DNA of 32,950 nt, from NCBI GenBank assembly GCA_038153405.1, contig JAYOYH010000048.1, positions 1 to 32,950 of the forward strand. Direction: 5' to 3'. Below the pieces are notes generated by a model, which was given only the letters and a program-made list of their open reading frames with translations, did no database searches and was not told the origin of the DNA. The position numbers and the translations under genes are program-made. This document shows positions 8,801 through 16,135 of the stretch, piece after piece (the first letter of the stretch is position 1; each line of letters begins with the position of its first letter). The DNA comes from Gemmatimonadota bacterium. GTDB taxonomy: Bacteria; Latescibacterota; UBA2968; UBA8231.

Positions 8801-11277
8801 GCGAGCGCGCGCTGTCTTTTACCTGGCCGGTCGGCGCGCTCCGCGGCCCGGTGCGTTTAGAGCTGCGCCTCGACGGCAGCCGTGATGTGGCCGAGCTCGA
8901 CGAGGACAACAACGTCCTGTCGCGCAGCATAGACATACTGGCGCCGCTGATGGCCACGCCTATTTTCCCCGCCGACAACGCCGCTACAAGCGGTGCTGAC
9001 ATCGCGCTAGAAGCGGCTGTGCCCGCTGACGGCGGCCCGTATTTCTGCGAGTTTGAGTGGGCCACGGCCGCCGACTTTGCCGGTGCCGTGCGCTCGCCGC
9101 TAATCGAACCTAGCCAACACCTAGCCGTCTATCGCCCTGCGCTGAGCGATGGAGCGACCTACTTCTGGCGCGTGCGCCTGCGCGCCGACGGGGTGCCCGG
9201 TCCCTGGAGCGCGGTCCGTTCGCTGCACGCAGCCGCCGGACCGCGCTGGAGTCAGCGCGGCGTCCAACTCGCGCTCGGTGCCGACGCATCTTTTGCCCTG
9301 CGCGGCGATGCGCTAGGGCTGTCCTCTCAGCCGCTGCCTCTGCGCCCCGACAGCACCACGCGCGAAGACGGCTTTACCGTGCGCGACCACGCCGGTTCTG
9401 GCATCGTCGCAACCGATGGCACCTGGCTCTACGCCAAGCGCTGGTATAACGACGATTCCACTGTATACCCCGGCACCGACTACTTCACGCGCATCGGAAC
9501 GGGTTTGAACGGCACGTTTCGCACCGGCAACTTCGGTGCCTTTGGCGACTCGACGACGGCCGGCATTTCGGCGACGTACCACAGCGACGGCTACATATAC
9601 AACGAGAGCGGCAAGGCGTTTGAACTCGAGCGGCTTTCGCTGGAGACTGGCGTGCTCGACACCGTCTCTGTGCCGGACGGCCTGCTGGAATGGAAATTCG
9701 GCCGCGTAGAAGACGGCCATTCGCTCATCACCTCCGACGGCCAGTACATATACAACGTGTCCATGAGCACAGCGCTAGGGGCGCGCAATGCCTGGAGCGT
9801 GCGCGTCTTCGACCCGGCACAAGGGTGGGCTTTGCTGCGCGAGTTCACCTCGCCGCCAACGGAAAACGGCTTCACATACGAGTGGACCGATGGCATACTA
9901 GCCGACGGCGAGCACCTCTACTTTATCGAATGGCAAGGCCAGCAACGCATTCGCATGGTCGACGCCGAAAACGGCGCCTTTATCGACGAGTGGCAGAGCG
10001 ACCAAGGCGTGACGCGCGTAATCACCGGACAGTACGACTGGATCAATAACAAGGTCTGGCTGGGCGACCTCCTTAGTTCGGCGGTCTTTCGCTACAGCGG
10101 CCTGGAGCGCGTGCGCAGCGGCGAATTGGTCTCTATGCCCATAGGCCCGGTCGCCCAATGGCAGGCGCTGTCATTTACAGGACGGGACGTGCGCGTGGAT
10201 ATAGAAGTCCCCAACGACGGTCAGTGGCAGCCGTTAGAAGAATGGGGCGGCCTGGACTCCGGCCCGTCTGACCTGAGCGCACTCGACGCCAACGCCCACC
10301 CACTTATCCGCCTGCGCGCACGCTTCAACTCGCCCGAAGCCGAGTTGGTCCAGTGGAATCTCGACTTCGCCCCGCGCCCGTCACTCCAGATTGCGCGCGC
10401 CGAAGGGCGCGAATATGCCGAAGGCCTGAGCGTAGAAATTGTTGTGCGCAACCTGTCCGATAGCAGCGCTGACGATGCCGTGCTTTCCCTAGAGCAGAGC
10501 GACCGGCGGGAGCCCATACGCCAGATCGACCTGCCGCCGCTGGCGCGCGGTCAAAACGTTGCCGTTCGCATAGACAGCCTGGCGCTGCCGCCGCGGGGCG
10601 CGCACCTATTTGCCGAGGTCATTGGCGCCCAACCCGACGTTGATCCAGAAGACAATCGCCGCCGGGTCGCGCTTTTTGTCGAAGGACATCTGCCAGTCCA
10701 CATCGCCCTCTGGCCGGAGGATCGCCCCTTTCTCAGCGGCGACCCTCTGCGCGCTGGACAGGGTTTACTCATTTCCGCTCCGGACGTGCGCGACGGCCAA
10801 CTAGAAGTGCGCATCGACGGCGCCATCGTCGAGCCCGACTCGCTCATAGATGCGTTTCCCGCCCTAGCGCACCAACTGTTTCGTCCAACCTTAGCGCCGG
10901 ATGCACACCACTTGGAAGCGCGGCTGCTGCGCGGCGAACAGACGCTGGGCTCACAGAGCCTAACGTTCTACGTCGACGACGCACTGCGCGTGCGCAATGC
11001 CCTTGTCTACCCGCACCCCGTGCGCGAAGAAGCGCACTTTACCTATGTGCTTTCGCAGCAGGCCGAGGTCGCAATTGAAGTCTTTGGACTCAGCGGCCGC
11101 CTGATACAGCGACTCGGACCGTTTGACCAGTCGGCCGGTTTTGCCCAGGTGGACTGGGATGGGCGCGACGCCGGCGGTCAGCGTCTGGCCAGCGGCACCT
11201 ATCTGTATCGCATAGTGGCCCATAACGGCAGCGGCGGCGATGCGGTCTTTCGCGGAGCGTTGGTGCTAATGCGCTAA
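5896..11277 (+). CDS. C25 family (gingipain/PorU-like) cysteine peptidase with propeptide-like N-terminus, CARDB/Ig domains, beta-propeller and T9SS/FlgD-like C-terminal domain
   Basis: Signal peptide MPLFLLLFFCVVNVDA. C25 motifs DYLII, LYDEFNYG, YVLLLGD, DLSIGRL, catalytic NFNGHGS and LSCLNG. CARDB-like DEDNN. C-terminal VYPHP..FTYVL..IEVFGLSGRLI..WDGRDAGG..LASGTYLYRI. Start uncertain (5701 or 5896). Confidence 0.85.
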   Translation: MPLFLLLFFCVVNVDASVRPLLNVLKSDANGLVLDVFPPALPAEWATAPSGMARLDSAQLPFISRLVAAPADAQLDVRVRRADYEEFTDVEMASQDPYDLVASRYVGLMRGIPTHALQLYPYSYDAEYRTLRIYTHLRIEIRFIGGRRAKAAKPAHAADVAAFLNAEQAASFSAPAPQAKIAQDSWYEAARPWIRMHVETDGLYRIDRAWLARMADVDSIDPHTLQLFYRGEEQPLHVAGESDGRFDEGDYLLFYGRFRRGPRDHESTYGRENAYWLTWGSQPGRRYAERSGAPNGAFPQVHSFWHTEHFERDLYFDMLTSAPDAERDHWFWTLNNKPLTATKPDVPSAAEFPGDLLYPDMEREYDAQIRVALHGASDLAHHTVLKLNAREVLVDTVWGAAGAGMIDFLCEATVRSSLLKDGRNRILLQVFADQAKFDLMWFNWFEVDYFRRFIAHVGYLEFAYPPSEGHRIEAQRFTHPHIEIFELHSAARLVDFSIADDSGAYAATFEDRTDGEAHYVMADSASFLRPRGIRDTASNWRGFPGADYLIISDPRLVDAAERLAEHRRATGLSAAAISSQDLYDEFNYGLMDAEAIASFIEHAYHRWAQRPRYVLLLGDDTWDYRNIIGGGRPTLVPSLYYQSRGRGLAPSDFLYALIDGDDLLPDLSIGRLAASSPAEADAVVDKIIAYDTPAEGAWRTRAIYLANHHPKAIFSQPSDSLAARYTEPIGLQSVKIYNPDEGAIPNATGRSFVDALNDGALLLNFNGHGSPGTMQSLFTLSLPDWGYLAQVQNGRHLPLILALSCLNGLFSNPTVTGLAEAFTNRKEGGAIAYISASAKSFVAQNDLLSDRFYDALLAVESLPFGAALDVAKAQVLSAHSSWVDAVLTMQLVGDPAQKLALPAAPDYVALALDLYAEPVRGHSTVEIGARLVNYGRLSTDSLRVELLLYDGVGDVPDTLQRVVEPPFSGERALSFTWPVGALRGPVRLELRLDGSRDVAELDEDNNVLSRSIDILAPLMATPIFPADNAATSGADIALEAAVPADGGPYFCEFEWATAADFAGAVRSPLIEPSQHLAVYRPALSDGATYFWRVRLRADGVPGPWSAVRSLHAAAGPRWSQRGVQLALGADASFALRGDALGLSSQPLPLRPDSTTREDGFTVRDHAGSGIVATDGTWLYAKRWYNDDSTVYPGTDYFTRIGTGLNGTFRTGNFGAFGDSTTAGISATYHSDGYIYNESGKAFELERLSLETGVLDTVSVPDGLLEWKFGRVEDGHSLITSDGQYIYNVSMSTALGARNAWSVRVFDPAQGWALLREFTSPPTENGFTYEWTDGILADGEHLYFIEWQGQQRIRMVDAENGAFIDEWQSDQGVTRVITGQYDWINNKVWLGDLLSSAVFRYSGLERVRSGELVSMPIGPVAQWQALSFTGRDVRVDIEVPNDGQWQPLEEWGGLDSGPSDLSALDANAHPLIRLRARFNSPEAELVQWNLDFAPRPSLQIARAEGREYAEGLSVEIVVRNLSDSSADDAVLSLEQSDRREPIRQIDLPPLARGQNVAVRIDSLALPPRGAHLFAEVIGAQPDVDPEDNRRRVALFVEGHLPVHIALWPEDRPFLSGDPLRAGQGLLISAPDVRDGQLEVRIDGAIVEPDSLIDAFPALAHQLFRPTLAPDAHHLEARLLRGEQTLGSQSLTFYVDDALRVRNALVYPHPVREEAHFTYVLSQQAEVAIEVFGLSGRLIQRLGPFDQSAGFAQVDWDGRDAGGQRLASGTYLYRIVAHNGSGGDAVFRGALVLMR

Positions 11278-11371
11278 CGCGATCGACCCGTTTTATCCGC
11301 TCCTTTACGCAGCACGGCCCACCCGTTAAACTATGCGGCATACGCAGCACGCCAACGCGGGAATACGCGCT

Positions 11372-12181
11372 ATGCCTTTTGCTTTTTGCGATCAGCACAT
11401 TGAAGAATACCGCACGCTCGGCTACACCATCTTCCGCCAGATCGTGCCCGCGGGACTGGTGACCGACCTGCGCCGTGCCGCCGATGCAGCGCGGCCCATC
11501 GCCCGCCAGCAGAACGGCCCACAGGCCCAGCGACTGCAGCCCGTAGGACGCTTTGATATAGCGCAACAAGCCTTTGTCGACTATGCCGAACTGGCCCCGC
11601 TTAACGATGCTATTCACAGACTGCTATCGCCGGCGCACGCGCACGGCAACCGCGACGTGCTCGGCATACTGCTCGAGCCGGCTGACCAACCCTACTGCAC
11701 CCAGTGGCACCGCGACTGGCGCGACAACGTCAGCGGACTCAATCTGAGTGCTTGGGACGAGCACTTTCTCGACGATCGCTATTTCAACCAGGTCAACTGC
11801 GCCCTCTACGCCGACTCCAGCACGTGGGTCGTGCCCGGATCGCACCTGCGCCGCGACCTGGCCAGCGAGGTCGAGCGCTTTCCCGATAGGCCAATCACCC
11901 GGCCTACGCTCGAAGATACAAACAGCGTCGAACGCGAATACGCCTGTCTCAGCTACGTGCGCAGCATGCCCGGCGCCGCACAGCTACATCTCGATGCCGG
12001 TGATTTTTGCCTCTACCGCAATACGCTATGGCACCTGGGTAATTACGTGCCCTACTGCCTGCGCGCCACGCTGCACGACGCCGTCGACACCAAGGAATTT
12101 GCCGCCTGGCGCACGACCGCTCTGGCCGAAGCGGCTGCGCGGCGCGAAAAGGGCATTGGCATGGAGAATCCCAACGCGTGA
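11372..12181 (+). CDS. Phytanoyl-CoA dioxygenase (PhyH) family Fe(II)/2OG oxygenase
   Basis: EEYRTLGY N-terminus, WHRD (HxD), VVPGSH, AGD..LWH distal His. Alternative start at 11333. Confidence 0.85.
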   Translation: MPFAFCDQHIEEYRTLGYTIFRQIVPAGLVTDLRRAADAARPIARQQNGPQAQRLQPVGRFDIAQQAFVDYAELAPLNDAIHRLLSPAHAHGNRDVLGILLEPADQPYCTQWHRDWRDNVSGLNLSAWDEHFLDDRYFNQVNCALYADSSTWVVPGSHLRRDLASEVERFPDRPITRPTLEDTNSVEREYACLSYVRSMPGAAQLHLDAGDFCLYRNTLWHLGNYVPYCLRATLHDAVDTKEFAAWRTTALAEAAARREKGIGMENPNA

Positions 12182-12441
12182 ATCGCTTGAGCTTAAAGTG
12201 GCTCGACCAAGTGCCGACCAGTGGTTTGGCCATCGCCGCCGTGCTCCTCGGCCTAGCGCCTTTTCGACCGCAGCCACATCTGCTAGAAAAGGTGCACATG
12301 CTGCTCGACGGAACGCTGAGTCGGCCAATAGATATTTTCGATTTGTTCTTTCACGGCGCTCCGCTGGCGCTGCTAGCCATTCAGCTGCTGCGCCGCCAGC
12401 GGGCCAAATCTGCTCGGGATGGCACCGACTGCACGCCATAG
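12178..12441 (+). CDS. Small conserved membrane protein
   Basis: GTG start overlaps the upstream TGA. Two hydrophobic segments flank LAPFRPQPHLLEKVHMLLDGTLSRPIDIFDLFFH, a motif I recognise from a family of short membrane proteins of unknown function. Confidence 0.75.
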   Translation: MNRLSLKWLDQVPTSGLAIAAVLLGLAPFRPQPHLLEKVHMLLDGTLSRPIDIFDLFFHGAPLALLAIQLLRRQRAKSARDGTDCTP

Positions 12442-12478
12442 TGGCACAAGGCCCGCGCCCAGACCCATGCGGGTCACG

Positions 12479-13375
12479 TCACTCTTCGAGTGCACCCGCT
12501 TCTTCGCTATAGCCGCGCACCCAGTCCACTTCCAGTTGAAACGGACTCTCGTCCTTATCGCTTATGATAAAGCCCAACATCTGCACTTGGCGGCCGTTGA
12601 TTGGGGGGTAGGTGTTCGGACGCCAACCGCGAATGGACAGGGCCATCTCGTCAAAGGGCACCCGAACGATTTGCCACTGCTGCGAAGCGGTGAACGCGCG
12701 CTGCCACGAGCCGCGCGCCCCCTCGTTGCTAGCCAGCAAGGAATAGGTGCGGCCGTCGCCGCGCACGCGCATTTCAATGCCGTCATAGCCAGCTAACGCC
12801 GCATCTTCGACGCGCGTGCGAACGGAGCTAAAGCCGCCGTTGTTGCGCATGGATAGCTGGCCAGAAAATAGACCTGTTCCTCCCTCGCCCTGAGCAAACC
12901 CGCCCTGCGATATACCGCCCATGACGTTGTCGTTGACCGCGTACCACGCACCGCCCTGACCGGCGGGAAAGTCCAGTACAAAATTGCCTTTCATCTGCGG
13001 ATTAGCCTCCCTGAGGGTTTCGTATATATCGTCGAGTGCGTAGCGCAGCGTCCACGCACTGCGATCGACCTCCTGGCCTGCGGCAGTGCGCAGCACCCGC
13101 TCTATGCGCGGCGCATCTACTGCAGCATGGGCAAATAGCTGCAGCGAGCGCAGCGCCGTTCGATATACGGCAGCGCAGGCCTCTGGTTGGCCGTCGTTGT
13201 AAAGAGGTACGCCGAGGCGAATGGATTCTTCAATTAGACGCCGGACCGATTCGACCGTTGGCGAATGGGCTGCAGCAACATCGGCCCGTACGCCAGCGGC
13301 ATACAGCAGCGCTGCGAGCAATGCGATGAATATTTTATTGACGGGACAGTAGCGATCGAGGGAGCGAGAGAACAT
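12479..13375 (-). CDS. Secreted CIA30-family domain protein with an N-terminal helical domain
   Basis: CIA30 motifs WYAVNDNVMGGIS, NNGGFSSVR, RVRGDGRTY and FQLEVDWV. Hydrophobic signal-like stretch IFIALLAALLYAAGVRA. GGAG lies before ATG 13375. Confidence 0.8.
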   Translation of the reverse strand: MFSRSLDRYCPVNKIFIALLAALLYAAGVRADVAAAHSPTVESVRRLIEESIRLGVPLYNDGQPEACAAVYRTALRSLQLFAHAAVDAPRIERVLRTAAGQEVDRSAWTLRYALDDIYETLREANPQMKGNFVLDFPAGQGGAWYAVNDNVMGGISQGGFAQGEGGTGLFSGQLSMRNNGGFSSVRTRVEDAALAGYDGIEMRVRGDGRTYSLLASNEGARGSWQRAFTASQQWQIVRVPFDEMALSIRGWRPNTYPPINGRQVQMLGFIISDKDESPFQLEVDWVRGYSEEAGALEE

Positions 13376-13489
13376 AGGGAGCGACTCCATTGGTCTGTAG
13401 CGTACGCATTGGAAACGTCCAGACGAATATTCCCCGCTGTGAGGAAACGGCAAGAGGTGCGCCGCGAATCACTCTGGCGCATGCGTTCT

Positions 13490-15088
13490 CTATAGACCCA
13501 CCGACGGTAGGAACTGCGGAGCGCGCCGCGCTTGTGTGCCCCGTTCAAAGGCGTGCGCTAGCGCGATGAGGCGCGGTTCGCTCCACGCGCCAGCAAAGAG
13601 CGAGATGCCTACCGGCAAGCCGTGTACAAAGCCGGCGGGCACCGTTACGTGCGGATACCCCGAAACGGCAGCAGGACTCGAACAGCCGCCGCTGTAGTGG
13701 TCGCCGTTTACCAGGTCGATGGTCCACGCCGGTCCGCCCGTCGGGGCGACGATGGCGTCGAGTCGGTGCTGGGCCATGGCCGCATCGATGCCCTCCTCGC
13801 GCGACAGGCGATGGTTAGCGGTCAGCGCCTCGCGGTACGCCGCATCGCTCAGCGGACCCTTTTCCTGCGCCTGCAGGAAAATTTCCTGCCCAAAGTAGGG
13901 CATCACGCGCTCGGCGTGCGCGTCGTTAAAGGCGATCAAGGCCTCCAGCGTATGCGGCCACCGACCGCCGTTTAATTCCGCCAAATATGCGTTGAGACCG
14001 GCCTTAAATTCATAGAGCAGCACCTCGTACTCGCTATCGTCGTATGCGCTCGACTTAGGCAAATCAACGGGGTCGACGATATCGGCGCCGAGGTGACGCA
14101 GCGCGTCAATGCTCTCCTCCATAACCGCATCGACGCGGCTGTCAAAGCCGAAAAAGTTACGCGCAATGCCCAGGCGTGCACCCTTGAGCGCACTCTCGTC
14201 CAAATACTGCGCATAGTCGGCCTGCACAGGATGCCCCGCTGCCGCGGTCGCCGCGTCGCGCGCGTCGACGCCGACCATGGCGCCGAGCAAAGCCGCCGCG
14301 TCGGCCACCGTGCGCGCCATTGGCCCGGCCGTGTCCTGGCTGTGTGCGATGGGAATAATGCCCGAACGACTCACCAAACCCAGCGTGGGCTTGATGCCGA
14401 CGATGCCGTTGCTCGACGAGGGACACACGACGGAGCCGTCCGTCTCCGTGCCCACCGCCACGGCGCAGAGTTCAGCAGCTACCGCAGCTCCCGATCCCGA
14501 ACTCGAACCGCAGGGCGAGCGGTCTAATACATGCGGATTGCGCGTCTGTCCGCCGCGGCTGCTCCAGCCGCTGGTCGAGCGCGTCGAGCGAAAATTGGCC
14601 CATTCGCTCAGATTGGTCTTGCCCAACAGCACGGCGCCAGCCGCGCGCAGGCGTTCAACGACAAACGCATCGCGCGACGCCATATGGCCTTCGAGGGCCA
14701 GCGACCCCGCCGTCGTCTGCATCGAATCGGCCGTGTCAATATTGTCTTTGATGAGAATGGGCACGCCGTGCAGGGGCCCGCGCACCGTCCCCGCAGCGCG
14801 CTCGGCGTCCAGGCGCACTGCGATGTCGAGCGCCTGCGGATTGAGCTCGATGATCGAGTTGATAGACGGGCCACTGCGATCCACATCAGCCGCACGCTGT
14901 AAGAAGGCCTCGGTCAGCGCGCGTGCGCTGAGGTCGCCCGCACGCATTGCCCGCTGTATTTCCGCTACGCTCCAACCCGTCATATCGCTGTTCTCCACGG
15001 CGGGCGCGCGCGCCCACCCTCGCAAAGGATGGCCTAGCGCCAGCGCGCTGCCGGCAACGGCACATTTTATGAACTGACGCCGTTTCAG
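13490..15088 (-). CDS. Amidase-signature family amidase with a predicted twin-arginine signal peptide
   Basis: IKDNI, GKTNLSEWAN, CGSSSGS and GTETDGSVVCP (Lys-cisSer-Ser triad). The frame stays open 21 codons upstream of the track start (15025), reading (L/M)KRRQFIKCAVAGSALALGHP from CTG 15088. Confidence 0.9.
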   Translation of the reverse strand: MKRRQFIKCAVAGSALALGHPLRGWARAPAVENSDMTGWSVAEIQRAMRAGDLSARALTEAFLQRAADVDRSGPSINSIIELNPQALDIAVRLDAERAAGTVRGPLHGVPILIKDNIDTADSMQTTAGSLALEGHMASRDAFVVERLRAAGAVLLGKTNLSEWANFRSTRSTSGWSSRGGQTRNPHVLDRSPCGSSSGSGAAVAAELCAVAVGTETDGSVVCPSSSNGIVGIKPTLGLVSRSGIIPIAHSQDTAGPMARTVADAAALLGAMVGVDARDAATAAAGHPVQADYAQYLDESALKGARLGIARNFFGFDSRVDAVMEESIDALRHLGADIVDPVDLPKSSAYDDSEYEVLLYEFKAGLNAYLAELNGGRWPHTLEALIAFNDAHAERVMPYFGQEIFLQAQEKGPLSDAAYREALTANHRLSREEGIDAAMAQHRLDAIVAPTGGPAWTIDLVNGDHYSGGCSSPAAVSGYPHVTVPAGFVHGLPVGISLFAGAWSEPRLIALAHAFERGTQARRAPQFLPSVGL

Positions 15089-15915
15089 GGCTTTTCCCCC
15101 GCCTTGAGCAGCATTTCAATGTCGTCGATAACGGCGTTTATATCGGCCAGTGAGTCGATGACGAAGTGCGCTCCGGCGCCCAGCAGGCGCGCGCGCGCCC
15201 ACTCCTTGCGCCGCTCCAACTCATCTGCGCCCGCGCGGCGAATTTCCGCTAGGCTCATACCCAACTCGTTGCTCGATAGCAGCACGCCAACGCTCCACAT
15301 GCCGGCGTTGAGTCCCTCGGCAATGTCCGAGGGCGTATCACCTATCTTTACGCAGGCCTCCAGCGGATAAATGCCCAGGTATTCGGCGTTGCGCAGCGCC
15401 ATCCACGGCGCCGGCCGCCCCGCCGGCACTTCGCTGGCGCACACGATATGATCGGGGTCGTAACCCTGGCGCTTTGCCCGAGGCACCAGCACATCCATCA
15501 TCTGCCGGTTGTATCCCGTAGTCGTGCCGATGGCTAGTCCGCGCCGGCGAAAGCTGGCCTGGGCCAGCGGCACTTCGGTGATGAGTTCGGCGTGGTCGGC
15601 AAGCACATCCAGCTGCAGCGGCACAAAGCGCTCAAACATAGCCTCTACGTCGGCTTCGCCACAGGGGCGACCGTGCTGTTGCGTCCACGCTGCGGCAACG
15701 CGCTCCATATGCGAAATGGCGCGAATGTGATCGCGCTTGTGCAAACCCATCGGCTCGCGCGCCTCGCGCATGCTAATTTCGATACCCATTTCGGCAAATA
15801 CGCGCACGAATACGCCCGCCGGAGCAAAACAGCCGAAGTCGACGGTGGTCCCCGCCCAATCGAGCACCGCCATTTTAAGAGCGCCGCGGTAGCTGCGGCG
15901 GAAGAGAAAGTCCAT
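15085..15915 (-). CDS. phnX: Phosphonoacetaldehyde hydrolase (phosphonatase, HAD family)
   Basis: DWAGTTVDFG, EAREPMGLHKRDHIR (Schiff-base Lys), GRPAPWM and KIGDT..DI.EGLNAGMW motifs. Confidence 0.95.
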   Translation of the reverse strand: MDFLFRRSYRGALKMAVLDWAGTTVDFGCFAPAGVFVRVFAEMGIEISMREAREPMGLHKRDHIRAISHMERVAAAWTQQHGRPCGEADVEAMFERFVPLQLDVLADHAELITEVPLAQASFRRRGLAIGTTTGYNRQMMDVLVPRAKRQGYDPDHIVCASEVPAGRPAPWMALRNAEYLGIYPLEACVKIGDTPSDIAEGLNAGMWSVGVLLSSNELGMSLAEIRRAGADELERRKEWARARLLGAGAHFVIDSLADINAVIDDIEMLLKAGEKP

Positions 15916-16135
15916 GTGGCTAACTGCCTTTCTAAGAAGCCAAATTCCGGTATACAACATAGGCAACAGAAGGCCATAAAAAAACTGCTTTCTCAGACAT
16001 TGGACCGGATGCAACGGCGCGCCCTTATGCATGGCGAGACACCCGGCAGCGGCTACCCGCCTAACCGCGCAGGGACTTTACCGCTTGTCCACCGGAAGAC
16101 CTTCGGCTTATACTTGCCCATATCCCGACACCGCT

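Noticed and set aside
15916..16135. Long starts for phnX (16032) and the diadenylate cyclase (16031), and the 268-aa ORF at 15592-16398
   Set aside because: The extensions lack family-like sequence and would remove the divergent promoter region. The long ORF is a shadow of real genes.
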